Part shown: positions 27,551 to 37,498 of the stretch, piece after piece
Layout: the number at the start of each line of letters is the position of its first letter
Numbering within the stretch: position 1 is the stretch's first letter
DNA from: an uncultured archaeon
GTDB lineage: Archaea > Halobacteriota > Archaeoglobi > Archaeoglobales > Archaeoglobaceae
Direction of reading: 5' to 3'
Assembly (NCBI GenBank): GCA_964478605.1
Contig: CAYZIW010000006.1
Coordinates: 1,002 to 65,001 of the forward strand
DNA: 64,000 nt
Made by a program: the position numbers and the translations under genes
Notes under the pieces: model-generated
Told to the model about the DNA's origin: nothing
Database searches by the model: none
The model's input: only the letters and a program-made list of their open reading frames with translations

Positions 27551-30500
27551 TCTACACCTTCTATCTGTTTTATCTCCTCGTAAAGTTCTCTTAACGAACT
27601 ATAATAGTCTAGCTCCCCTCTCTCAACTAAGTCCATCTTTTCTTCAAGTAAGGCTGTTCTCTGCTCAGAAACGAAATTAGCAAATTTTTTGGCCAAGTAA
27701 TTGTAGACCTCTACTCCAAGGTTTGTAGGGATCAAACGACCGTTCTTTTCCAACACGTATCCCCTTTGGAAAAGTCTATCCAGTATCGTTGCATAAGTTG
27801 ACGGCCTTCCTATGCCCTTCTCTCTCATAAGCTGCACAACCTCTGCTTGAGTGAGTAAAGGAGATTTTGAAACTTTTTTAATCTTTGCTTGAACTCTAAA
27901 TACACCAATTGGAAGCTCCTTTCTTACCCATACAGATTTATACAAATCATAAGCTCTACCGCTTGCAGCCACTATTCTCTCTTCAATGATCGATTTTCCA
28001 TCGTAAACTATCTCATAAACTTTCTTTTTAACCACGAAAGGCTTACATTGCGATGCCATGAATCTCCGAAATATGAGATCGTAGAGAGCCAGATGTCTCC
28101 ATGTCAAATCTTCGATCGCTATAACCCCCTCCTGAACAAGTCTTTGTAGTGTATCTCTATCTATGGCCCTCGTCGGGCGTATACACTCATGTGCACCTTC
28201 TTTCTTCCACTCCCTTGCATGAAAATCGCTGCCCAAATACTCTTTTGCTATTCTAAATCCTACACTGCTTACAGTTGTTGAATCTGTTCTATGGTATGTA
28301 CAAAGTCCAAATTCAAAGAGTTCCTGTGCTATCTCCATAGTCTCCTTTGCTGACATCTTTAAAATTGCGTTGGCATCTTTAAGCAAAGAATCTGTCGTAT
28401 ATGGTGGCAATGGCTCCTTATCTTCCTCTAATTCCATAAAAAGCATAATTTCAATTTCAAACTCTCTCTTATCATGTTCCAAAGCTAAATCGAGCTCTTC
28501 TACAAAAGCTACTGTTTTTTTATTCCTCGATTCATTATATCTCTGGATTATCCACCCAAGGACAGGAGTTTGAGCTCTTCCAGCTGATAAATAAGTCTTT
28601 CCAAAAACTTTCCACAGTTTTTGACTTAATACAAAACCTATCCAGCGATCTTCAATTCTTCTTAAAAGTTGCGCTTTTACCAAGTTCTCATCGATTTCTC
28701 TCAGGTTATTTATAGCTTCTAGGATCGCCGTTCTTGTCACCTCATGAAATTCAGCCCTTTTTATTTCGGCAAATCCAGAGAGAAGATTTTTAAGATCCCA
28801 AGAGATCTTCTCCCCCTCAGTGTCGGGATCCGTTCCGATTATGACCAAACCTACATCGCTAGCAAATTTTCTTAACGCCTGAATTCTACTCTTTGAATCA
28901 TCTATGTCTTCACTTCCACACTTGGGACATTTCTTGCTATTTTCAGTGAACTGGTTTGCACAGTTTCTACATCGCTTTATCGACGCATAAACTGGTACAA
29001 ACTTTCCGTCCACTTCCACTCCATGGAAGCCCCGATCCGTGACCAAATCAGTTATATGACCCAAGCAGGCAGTGATAATTAAAAGATATTTTTCCATTGG
29101 TATCTCGTAGAATATTACTCCATCTACAACTTTAACGCTCGGTTTTCCGAAAAATTTTGAAATCTGTTTCGCTTTAGTCGGACTTTCAACTATGAAGAGT
29201 GCTGGCTTTATTAAATCCTTTTCTCTTATACTAATCCTCCTGCTCTCTTCTAATTCTTGCTTGAGCTTGGCAAAATCCAGCTGATCTAAAGTTTTAAAAT
29301 TTATTTCATAATATTTTGCCCTCTCAACAAATGCTTTAAGGATTTCAGAATCGCTTTCAAGCAAAAAACTCGCACCCTTAGTAACTCCTCCAGAAAACAA
29401 CCTCGAAGTTCTTCCAGAACCTTGGATGTATGTTCTAACATCTGGAAATACTATCTCTCCTCCTCTTACAATAACATCTCTGAAACTGCAGTCTGAAGTC
29501 TCAATCAACTTCTTCAGAACTTCTCTAAGACTTTTCTGAAGTTCCTCATCTCTATCTATTTTTTCCAAATTCCTGATAAATATATCCATTTCTGGCTTTT
29601 CCCTATAAAGAAGTGCAAGTGTCTTTAAGATGCGAGAGCTTGCTGAGTCTATATCTTCTACTCTTAATTTAAAAACGGGGCAGCCGAGGAAGATGGAATA
29701 CTTTATTCTTTCAGGTAGATCGATTCCTCTGACAAGAAGGCCATAGTAGTACGAAGTACCTATTAACACATCCAAATAACCTTCAGCGAATCTTTTAACA
29801 TCTTTACTGTTTCCAGCAACTGCAATCCCAACTTTGAACTTCTTTGAAAGTATTTCGTAAACTTTCCGAGCTTCCTCATTTGATCTTGCATAAACCACTC
29901 CTCCACTCCCGAGATTGTAGATGATTTTCTCCAACATCCCAAAATCCTCTTCTGCAACAAAATCTTCGATGTTCCTAACATTGAAATTTGAGGAACCTAT
30001 GTCGAAGTTTAGAAGTCTTCTAAAAAGTTCTGTAGCTTTTCCTTTCTTTGCTGTCGCAGTAGATACAACTAAAACTCCTTTAGGTTTTCCTTTCCAACCG
30101 TTCTCGTATCTAAGACCTAAAAGTTGAAGGATTTTATAAACGTTCCTCGATGATTTAAGTACAGCATCAACATCGTCAACGAAGATGAAATCAAAAACTC
30201 TTGACTTTATATTCTCAAAGTACCTCGAAAGGAACTGAGTAGTCGTAGCAATAATACTAAAATCCCCACAGTTCGAGAAAAATCCCTCTTTCTCTTCCTG
30301 CTTTAGACCTCCATGGTAATACCCTACTGAAATCTTTCCGGTTTTATTAAAACTCACCTCTAATCCCACTCTTTCAGCATATCTTTTAAGATTTTCGATA
30401 CACTGGAGTACAAGAAGTGACGTCGGGAAGATCAGGTAGCTTTTTTTACCTTTCGTTGCTAGAAAAAGCGCTACAGCTATACCAAAGGAAGTTTTTCCAA

Positions 30501-30741
30501 CACCCGTAGGAGATGTCGTTGCAAAACTCTCGCCTCTTAAGATCCTCCTAGCCCACATTTTTTGGATGTCTCTCGGCTTTCCAATACATTTCTCAAAGAA
30601 CAAAAGAAATTCTTTTAGTGTATCGTCCGAGTAAGCTTCAGAAATTCTTCTACTAGTATTATCACACAAGTTCTCCTGAATCTCTTTACTTGAAAGATCC
30701 TTTCCACAAAGGGGACAAAGATCAGTATATAGTACATCCAT
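27547..30741 (-). CDS. rgy: Reverse gyrase
   Basis: N-terminal zinc finger CPLCG, helicase motifs SPTGVGKTSFG and VDDVD, an internal zinc ribbon CRNCANQF...CPKCG, TOPRIM motif VESPTKAKQI, and active-site block CTYHRTDS. Start chosen at MDVLYTDLCPLCG; the track's TTG at 30780 is possible. Confidence 0.95.
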   Translation of the reverse strand: MDVLYTDLCPLCGKDLSSKEIQENLCDNTSRRISEAYSDDTLKEFLLFFEKCIGKPRDIQKMWARRILRGESFATTSPTGVGKTSFGIAVALFLATKGKKSYLIFPTSLLVLQCIENLKRYAERVGLEVSFNKTGKISVGYYHGGLKQEEKEGFFSNCGDFSIIATTTQFLSRYFENIKSRVFDFIFVDDVDAVLKSSRNVYKILQLLGLRYENGWKGKPKGVLVVSTATAKKGKATELFRRLLNFDIGSSNFNVRNIEDFVAEEDFGMLEKIIYNLGSGGVVYARSNEEARKVYEILSKKFKVGIAVAGNSKDVKRFAEGYLDVLIGTSYYYGLLVRGIDLPERIKYSIFLGCPVFKLRVEDIDSASSRILKTLALLYREKPEMDIFIRNLEKIDRDEELQKSLREVLKKLIETSDCSFRDVIVRGGEIVFPDVRTYIQGSGRTSRLFSGGVTKGASFLLESDSEILKAFVERAKYYEINFKTLDQLDFAKLKQELEESRRISIREKDLIKPALFIVESPTKAKQISKFFGKPSVKVVDGVIFYEIPMEKYLLIITACLGHITDLVTDRGFHGVEVDGKFVPVYASIKRCRNCANQFTENSKKCPKCGSEDIDDSKSRIQALRKFASDVGLVIIGTDPDTEGEKISWDLKNLLSGFAEIKRAEFHEVTRTAILEAINNLREIDENLVKAQLLRRIEDRWIGFVLSQKLWKVFGKTYLSAGRAQTPVLGWIIQRYNESRNKKTVAFVEELDLALEHDKREFEIEIMLFMELEEDKEPLPPYTTDSLLKDANAILKMSAKETMEIAQELFEFGLCTYHRTDSTTVSSVGFRIAKEYLGSDFHAREWKKEGAHECIRPTRAIDRDTLQRLVQEGVIAIEDLTWRHLALYDLIFRRFMASQCKPFVVKKKVYEIVYDGKSIIEERIVAASGRAYDLYKSVWVRKELPIGVFRVQAKIKKVSKSPLLTQAEVVQLMREKGIGRPSTYATILDRLFQRGYVLEKNGRLIPTNLGVEVYNYLAKKFANFVSEQRTALLEEKMDLVERGELDYYSSLRELYEEIKQIEGVE

Positions 30742-30833
30742 AATCGACCTTGCACTTGCAAATAATAAATTTACTTTCAAATACCTGCAGAAAGGCAGTA
30801 GTGATTCTATTTAGTTATATTTATTATATTTAG

Positions 30834-31295
30834 TTATTTAGTAAGTTTGGTCTTAAAAATATCTCTCACAATATTGTAGATATCTTCAGCTATCTTTTCA
30901 ATGTTCATCTCCAACTCATGCGAAATTACCTCTGAAACCGTATAGGGGTTTTTTACTCCTATCCCCAATATCAAAATTTTTGGTCGAGATAGATTCAGGG
31001 CTCTTATAAACTGAATCGCTCCTGAAATTCCCGCGTAATGTGAAAAATTCTGAAGTTTTGTTATTTCTTCTACTTTTTCTATTAAAAAGACTTTTCCAAC
31101 CTCTCCTAGGATGCTGTCCACTATTAAAACGATCTCTTTGTCTAAAAATTGATCTATCAGTGCATAACCACTTCCTTCGAAAAATTTAACTTCAAAACCA
31201 TCAGATTCGAGTCTATCTTTAAGCTTTTCACCGACGATTAGGGCTATTTTATCGTCAGAATAGATTGGGTTTCCTAAAAATAAAATCGATATCAT
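30834..31295 (-). CDS. [NiFe] hydrogenase maturation endopeptidase
   Basis: 153 aa. Contains ILFLGNPIYSDDKIA. Immediately downstream of the large subunit gene. Confidence 0.75.
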   Translation of the reverse strand: MISILFLGNPIYSDDKIALIVGEKLKDRLESDGFEVKFFEGSGYALIDQFLDKEIVLIVDSILGEVGKVFLIEKVEEITKLQNFSHYAGISGAIQFIRALNLSRPKILILGIGVKNPYTVSEVISHELEMNIEKIAEDIYNIVRDIFKTKLTK

Positions 31296-31299
31296 AAAA

Positions 31300-32754
31300 T
31301 TAGTTTATAATATTTAGTAACTCACCTTGCGTGTTGTATACGTATATAGGCAACGCTGATGCTGACAAGTTGTGCGTTCCACATGCGTTGCATGGATCGT
31401 AAGCTCTGAAAGCCATCTCGACCATGTTTAGCAGTGCATCGTTTACGATTCCACCCTTTATCAGACTTTTTGCAGCTTTTTCTATAGATAGCGAGATCCT
31501 TCCAATGTTGTGCTGTGTAGCTACCAAAAGGTTCGCCTTTCTGATCACACCCCTTTCATCCGTTTCGTAGTGATGAATAAGTGTACCCCTAGGAGCCTCA
31601 ACAACCCCTATACCCACGTCAGGTGTTGAAGATGGTAAATTTCTTACATTTTGTTCAAGTATATCTGGATCCTTCGAAATTTCAGCTATGCGTTCAGCAG
31701 CATATATCATCTCTATAATTCTAGCCCAATGCATTGCTAAGGTTTGATGTGCTGGTTTGCCCAAGAAACCAAACATCTCCTCGAAAGCTTCTTGAGCAAT
31801 CGGTGTCGCTAGGCTATCTGCAACGTTTAGCCTTGCAAGTGGAGCCACAGCATAAATTCCGCTCTCTAAACCATCAGAAAATCCCCTCCAGCCAACTTTT
31901 CTCAGATAAGGGAACGTCATATAGCTCCAAGGCTCCACGTGTTCGGCTATGTGATCCAAATAATCCCTAGCATCAAATTTTGCAAATTCCCTGCCTTCAG
32001 GATCTACCACTCGAATTTTTCCATCGTAGAAGTTCAAACGATTTTTTTCATCAACTAAACCCATGTAGTAGGTTCTATGGGTGTAAGATTCACTTTTTAT
32101 CAGCCCGAGATATTTCTCATTTTTCAAAACAATTTCCTTGAAAATTTTAAGAGTAAACTGCGTGAATTCCAAGGCCTGCTCGCTTAAAACTTTCAGTTCT
32201 TTTACAATTTCCTCGTTTAGGGGCTTGGATACCCCTCCAGGCAATCCAAAAACCGGATGAATGGTCTTACCACCTATTTTTTCCATCATCTGTCTTATAC
32301 TCTTCCTCATTCCAATTATCTTTAACCCTACATTTTTTCCGACCCTCTTTATAACACCTGCTATGTTCCTCTCCTCCTTTGGAGCATCCATGCCAACGAT
32401 AAAATCCGGACCTGCAAGTACGTAGAAATGCAAGGCATGGTCTTCAAGAATAAACAGGTTGTAGAAGAGTTCACGAATCTTTTTTGCTGCAATTGGTGGA
32501 TCGACATTGTAAAGATCATCCAAAGCCTTTACAGAGGCCATATGATGTGCTGTCGGGCATACACCACATATTCTGGACGTTATTTGTGGCATATCCTCAG
32601 CATGTCTACCCTCAGCAAATTTCTCAAAACCTCTAAGCTCAGGTATCTGGAAAAAGGCTTTTACACAATTTCCAGCGTCATCGAGAACTATAACAATCTT
32701 TCCGTGACCTTCCAAACGAGTTATAGGATCTATAACCACTTTCTTGTCACTCAT
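31300..32754 (-). CDS. mvhA: [NiFe] hydrogenase large subunit, Mvh/Vhu type (group 3c-like)
   Basis: 484 aa. Contains ITRLEGHG, the N-terminal Ni-site motif RICGVCPTAHH, and the C-terminal DPCNACGTH followed by a cleavable tail. Confidence 0.9.
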   Translation of the reverse strand: MSDKKVVIDPITRLEGHGKIVIVLDDAGNCVKAFFQIPELRGFEKFAEGRHAEDMPQITSRICGVCPTAHHMASVKALDDLYNVDPPIAAKKIRELFYNLFILEDHALHFYVLAGPDFIVGMDAPKEERNIAGVIKRVGKNVGLKIIGMRKSIRQMMEKIGGKTIHPVFGLPGGVSKPLNEEIVKELKVLSEQALEFTQFTLKIFKEIVLKNEKYLGLIKSESYTHRTYYMGLVDEKNRLNFYDGKIRVVDPEGREFAKFDARDYLDHIAEHVEPWSYMTFPYLRKVGWRGFSDGLESGIYAVAPLARLNVADSLATPIAQEAFEEMFGFLGKPAHQTLAMHWARIIEMIYAAERIAEISKDPDILEQNVRNLPSSTPDVGIGVVEAPRGTLIHHYETDERGVIRKANLLVATQHNIGRISLSIEKAAKSLIKGGIVNDALLNMVEMAFRAYDPCNACGTHNLSASALPIYVYNTQGELLNIIN

Positions 32755-33785
32755 AACTCCACCATCTCCTTAACTAGTTTCGAAATCTCCAATCCTGCTT
32801 TATGACGAAGTTTTGAAGCCGGCAAGGTATACCTGTATATCACTCCAACCCAGTCGGGAATTTTATCGTAAGCCTTTCTAATTTCTTCTTCTTGCATCGG
32901 GGAATAATCAAGTATACTCCCTAGGTAAGAGATCGCCTTGCCACCATAATCCACTATACCTTCAAGAATGCCAAAACAACCCGTACAGGGCATGTTCGAT
33001 CTTATGCATAAGGCCTTACAACCTCCTCGAGTAACCGGACCCATACAAATGAACCCTTGTGCAAGGAGACACTTATTCGGCTCCGGTGTTATTTTATCAA
33101 CCCTCTTAAACTCTTTAATAAGCAATTTTTCTGGCTTCGTTTCGTTTAGTGGACATTCATCGCATAAAGACTTCCGCAATGCTCCTATTACTGCACCCCT
33201 TGGAGGTAAAGGATCAGCAAGCAAAGCTTGCAAAGCATTCCAGAAAACATCTGGAGTTGGTGGGCAGCCAGGGATGTAGTAATCGACGTCTACCACCTTA
33301 TCAAGTGGTTGCAAAACAGGAAGAGGCTCCGTTAACTCCAACTCAAATTTCATATTTACCTCGGGAATGCTTACTACTGTCTTTTTAGCTGGCAAAAACT
33401 CTCTTGGATTATCGATCGTTGGCACCTCTAAATACTTCCTCTCTAAAATCTCATCTAAGGCATATAAGTTTGCTAAACCCGGAATTCCTCCCCAAGCAGA
33501 ACATGCTCCATAAGCTACAACAATTTTAGATTTTCTTCTGAGCAACTTTACCATTTCTTCATGCTCTTTCAACCTTATTCCGCCATTTATGAATGTCACA
33601 GCGATAGACTTATCTGGAAGTTTTTCAACGTCTTCTTTCTTGAAATCCATTGCTACAGGGCAAAAAACTATTTCTACTGTTTCAAATAGGTCTAAAAGCC
33701 TTTCTGCTAAATCTACGAGAGACTCTTCACATCCTCCACATGAAGCACACCAATACCAAGCGACTTTTGGTTTTTCTGCCATCAA
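32751..33785 (-). CDS. mvhG: [NiFe] hydrogenase small subunit, Mvh type
   Basis: 344 aa. N-terminal WCASCGGCEES plus multiple distal Fe-S cysteine clusters. 4-nt overlaps on both sides. Confidence 0.85.
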   Translation of the reverse strand: MMAEKPKVAWYWCASCGGCEESLVDLAERLLDLFETVEIVFCPVAMDFKKEDVEKLPDKSIAVTFINGGIRLKEHEEMVKLLRRKSKIVVAYGACSAWGGIPGLANLYALDEILERKYLEVPTIDNPREFLPAKKTVVSIPEVNMKFELELTEPLPVLQPLDKVVDVDYYIPGCPPTPDVFWNALQALLADPLPPRGAVIGALRKSLCDECPLNETKPEKLLIKEFKRVDKITPEPNKCLLAQGFICMGPVTRGGCKALCIRSNMPCTGCFGILEGIVDYGGKAISYLGSILDYSPMQEEEIRKAYDKIPDWVGVIYRYTLPASKLRHKAGLEISKLVKEMVEL

Positions 33786-34213
33786 TCCACCTCCAATTTT
33801 GGTTTCAAAGCTCCAATTCTTTTCAAATCGCTTACCATTTCTTTAACAACCTGAACCCACTTGCTCGCTTCAGCAGCAGAGATCCACTCTAGTCTAAAAC
33901 GTTCTTTTTCTATTCCGAAGGATTCTAAAATTCTTTTGAGAAGTTCAAACCGCCTGTAAGCTTTATAGTTCCCTTCAATGTAGTGGCAGTCAGCTGGTGG
34001 ATGACAACCCGCGACTATTACTCCGTCTGCACCATCTGCAAAAGCTTCAAGAACAAACTGTGGGTCCACCCTACCAGAACACATAACCCTTATAACTCTT
34101 ACATTTGGTGGATAAGAAAGCCTACTAGTACCGGCTAAATCAATTGCTGCGTAAGTACACCAGTTACAAGCAAAAACTATTATCTTGGGTTCAAAATCAA
34201 CCATAACCTTCAC
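33782..34213 (-). CDS. mvhD: MvhD/FlpD-like [2Fe-2S] subunit
   Basis: 143 aa. Contains IIVFACNWCTYAA, VMCSGRVDP and VAGCHPPADCHY. Confidence 0.9.
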   Translation of the reverse strand: MKVMVDFEPKIIVFACNWCTYAAIDLAGTSRLSYPPNVRVIRVMCSGRVDPQFVLEAFADGADGVIVAGCHPPADCHYIEGNYKAYRRFELLKRILESFGIEKERFRLEWISAAEASKWVQVVKEMVSDLKRIGALKPKLEVD

Positions 34214-36161
34214 CTCTAAAAGCAGCTACAGTTTGGGCTAAAAGCTGAACATCTTTGAAGCCTAGGTGTTGCATAGCTCCACTTGGACAGGCAGCGTTAC
34301 AGGTTCCGCATCCCATGCATAGCGCCTTTTCAACTTTTGCAATTCTATCTCCATTGATACTTCTTATTGAAATAGCAGAATAAGGACATACAGCCACACA
34401 AATCGCACAGCCGCTGCACTTCTCCTCGTTGACTTGAGCAATCATGGGCTCTATAGTGATCTTTCCTTTTGAGAGTAAAGACATAGCTTTTGCAGCTGCT
34501 GCCGAGCCCATCCTTATACTTTCAAGTATATTTTTTGGACCCGTTATGCATCCCGCTAGGAATATGCCCTTTGTTGGTGCTTCAACTGGAGCTAGCTTTA
34601 AATGCGCTTCTCTAACAAAACCTTCTCCACCACAGCTGACTCTTGTAACAGCGATCAGTTCTTCTATATCTCTTGGTGGAAGCATACCAATAGAAAGAAC
34701 GATTGCTTCAACAGGAATTCTTATCTCTTGCTGAATAGTGTACTCAAAAACGTCGATAAAAAGTCCTTCAGGAGATATAGTTATTTTAGGTGTTTTTTCC
34801 TCAAATTTTATAAAATTAATCAATTTTTTGCCAGCCTCCTCATAAAGCGATTCATCGCTGCCGTAGGTCATTATATCTTTGTAGATTATATAAACGTTCA
34901 TTTCGGGGTACTTTTCCTTTATTTTTATAGCACTGTTTATCGCTGTCGTGCAGCACATTCTTGAGCAATAACTTTTTGCTCCCGGAGTTGTACCTCTTGA
35001 ACCAACGCATTGAATAAAAGCAAGACTTTTAGGGACCTTATTGCCTATTATCAACTCTCCTTTCGTTGGACTTTCCGGATCAAGAAGTCTTTCAAGCTGA
35101 AGTAGAGTTATTATGTTTGGACTCAACCCATATCCGTATTCTCCCTTGAACGGTCTATACGGATCATAACCTGTTGCGATTATTACGGCTCCAACTTTCA
35201 ATTCAACGATTTTTGCCTCCTCCTTTAAGTTTATCGCTTTATATCTACAAACCTTTTCACATTCTCCGCATTTTACGCAAACCCTGTAATCTACAGCATA
35301 GTAGGGAGGATATGCGTTCTTGAATGGCATAAATATTGCTTTTCTTCTATCCAACCCGAAGTTGTATTCATTTGAAACCTCAATCGGACAAACTTCTTCA
35401 CATTCCCCACAGCTTGTACATCTACTGTTTACAAACCTTGGATTCAACTTTATCTTCGCTAAATAATTTCCTACAAATCCAGTAAGTTGTATAAGTTCAG
35501 CACTTGTGAAAACCTGTATCCTTGGGCAGTCTTTAATTTTTTCTATCATCTTGCTTACAACTTCTGCTCCTTTTGTTTTAGGGTCTATATAGCCTATAAG
35601 TGCCGCTTTTCCACCTATTGTCGGGCTTTTTTCAACAACATAAACATCGAAGCCGTAATTTGCAAGTTCTAGTGCAGCTCTTATCCCAGCAACTCCTCCA
35701 CCTAAGACTAAAACGCTCTTCTTTGCTTCAACTTCGAGCTCTTCCAACGGTTCTAAATATCTTGCCTTAGCTACAGCCATTCTAACAATTTCCATTGCTT
35801 TTTCTGTCGCTTTTTCTTTTTCATGATGCACCCAAGAGCAGTGCTCCCTTATGTTCGCCATCTCCAAAAGATACTTGTTGAGTCCAGCCTCACTAACTGC
35901 TGTTCTAAATGTTATCTCATGTAGAGCTGGAGAACAGGAGGCAACAACTATCCTATTAAGGTTTTGATTTTTTATGTCCTCTTTTATAAGATCTTGCCCT
36001 GGTTCTGAACACATGAAAACGTAGTCCCTCGCAACTACAACGCCTGGAAGCGTTTTTGCATATTCAGCAACTTTCTTCACATCTACAACTCCAGCGATGT
36101 TGAATCCACAGTGACACACATAAACGCCGATTCGAACCTCATCCATTGAAAACACCTCCAT
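34197..36161 (-). CDS. hdrA: Heterodisulfide reductase subunit A
   Basis: 654 aa. N-terminal VYVCHCGFNIAG domain, FAD motif VLGGGVAGIRAALELA, inserted ferredoxin, and C-terminal CSGCAICVAVCP / CMGCGTCNAACP. Confidence 0.9.
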   Translation of the reverse strand: MEVFSMDEVRIGVYVCHCGFNIAGVVDVKKVAEYAKTLPGVVVARDYVFMCSEPGQDLIKEDIKNQNLNRIVVASCSPALHEITFRTAVSEAGLNKYLLEMANIREHCSWVHHEKEKATEKAMEIVRMAVAKARYLEPLEELEVEAKKSVLVLGGGVAGIRAALELANYGFDVYVVEKSPTIGGKAALIGYIDPKTKGAEVVSKMIEKIKDCPRIQVFTSAELIQLTGFVGNYLAKIKLNPRFVNSRCTSCGECEEVCPIEVSNEYNFGLDRRKAIFMPFKNAYPPYYAVDYRVCVKCGECEKVCRYKAINLKEEAKIVELKVGAVIIATGYDPYRPFKGEYGYGLSPNIITLLQLERLLDPESPTKGELIIGNKVPKSLAFIQCVGSRGTTPGAKSYCSRMCCTTAINSAIKIKEKYPEMNVYIIYKDIMTYGSDESLYEEAGKKLINFIKFEEKTPKITISPEGLFIDVFEYTIQQEIRIPVEAIVLSIGMLPPRDIEELIAVTRVSCGGEGFVREAHLKLAPVEAPTKGIFLAGCITGPKNILESIRMGSAAAAKAMSLLSKGKITIEPMIAQVNEEKCSGCAICVAVCPYSAISIRSINGDRIAKVEKALCMGCGTCNAACPSGAMQHLGFKDVQLLAQTVAAFRGEGYG

Positions 36162-37497
36162 TTGCTAGCACTCTTATTTCTCCAGCCATAGAACGTTTCG
36201 CTATAAGTGCCGCCCTTGCAGCTGCTGCGCTGGCTTCAGTTACAGAATCCGGAATGTCCTTAGCTCCTGCTACCGCTCCAACTACAAAAATTCCTTCAAC
36301 TGTTGTGGATACGGGGTCGAGATATGGATCCTTTAGTTTCACAAATCCATCGCTGGTTAATTCAACTGGTAGAGGTAACTTCGAATTCGGTGTTATAGCT
36401 ACGGAAAGTACGACCATATCGTACTCTTCAACTCTTAAATAGCTCTCAGCAGTGTCTTCATAAACAACCCTGAGATTCTTCGTCTCAGCTATTTCTTCAA
36501 TTCTTACTACTTTCCCACGAACATACCTTACACCAAACTCTCTTTTTGCCCTTTCCAAGAACTCGTTGAAACCTTTACCAAAAGCTCTGATGTCCATGTA
36601 GTAAACAGTGCACTGGACTTCAGGCAAATGTTCCTTAGCCAAAATTGCTTGTTTCGTAGCAGCCATACAACAGTATGCCGAACAGTAATGGTTAAATCTA
36701 ACATCTCTCGATCCAACACACTGTATCCATGCAATCTTCCTTGGATGCTTGCCGTCTGATCTCCTTAAAATCTCCCCACCACTCGGTCCAGTTGCTGATA
36801 CTAGTCTTTCGAACTCAAGGTTTGTATAGAGGTTCTGATAAACTCCATAACCGTATTCGGGAATGTTCTTAGCGTCGTAAAGCTCCATACCTGTTGCAAC
36901 GATTATTGCAGCAACTTTTAATTCTACGACTTCAGGTTTCTGTTCGTATTCAATTGCTTTAGTCGGACAATGCCTTTCACAAACACCGCATAAAATTTTA
37001 CCTTCCTTTTTAGCCTTTTCCGGCGGATTCAATCGCATACAGTATCTAGCATCTATTACTGCCTTTTTTGGAACTGCTTGTGGGAACATGATATATATTG
37101 CTCTTCTATTTGATAATCCCAAGTTGTATTCATCTGGAACGTTCTTTACGGGACATTTCTGAGTACAGATTCCGCAACCATTACACTTTGTCCAGTCAAC
37201 ATATGTGGGTCTTTTAAGCACTCTAACCACAAAATTACCGGCTCTTCCTGTAACATCCTCGATCTCCGAGTTCATTAAAAGTTTTATATTAGGATATCTC
37301 AAAACTGCGGCCATCTTAGGGGCTAGAATACATGAAGCACAATCGAGAGTTGGAAAAGTCTTGTCAAGGTAAGCCATTTTTCCTCCTATGCTTGGAGCTT
37401 TTTCGACTAGAAAAACCTCTATTCCTTGCTCAGCTAAGTCCAAAGCTGCCTGAATTCCAGCAACTCCTCCCCCTACAACCAAAACACTTCCATTCAT
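36139..37497 (-). CDS. HdrA-like/QmoA-like FAD oxidoreductase lacking the HdrA N- and C-terminal domains
   Basis: 452 aa. Contains VVGGGVAGIQAALDLAEQG, DCASCILAP, and the inserted CNGCGICTQKCP and CGVCERHCP. Confidence 0.8.
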   Translation of the reverse strand: MNGSVLVVGGGVAGIQAALDLAEQGIEVFLVEKAPSIGGKMAYLDKTFPTLDCASCILAPKMAAVLRYPNIKLLMNSEIEDVTGRAGNFVVRVLKRPTYVDWTKCNGCGICTQKCPVKNVPDEYNLGLSNRRAIYIMFPQAVPKKAVIDARYCMRLNPPEKAKKEGKILCGVCERHCPTKAIEYEQKPEVVELKVAAIIVATGMELYDAKNIPEYGYGVYQNLYTNLEFERLVSATGPSGGEILRRSDGKHPRKIAWIQCVGSRDVRFNHYCSAYCCMAATKQAILAKEHLPEVQCTVYYMDIRAFGKGFNEFLERAKREFGVRYVRGKVVRIEEIAETKNLRVVYEDTAESYLRVEEYDMVVLSVAITPNSKLPLPVELTSDGFVKLKDPYLDPVSTTVEGIFVVGAVAGAKDIPDSVTEASAAAARAALIAKRSMAGEIRVLANGGVFNG

Positions 37498-37498
37498 A

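Noticed and set aside
31300-36161. Selenocysteine recoding in MvhA, MvhD or HdrA, as in Methanococcales Vhu/HdrA
   Set aside because: All three ORFs are uninterrupted and carry Cys at the relevant motifs (DPCNACGTH and others). There is no in-frame TGA.
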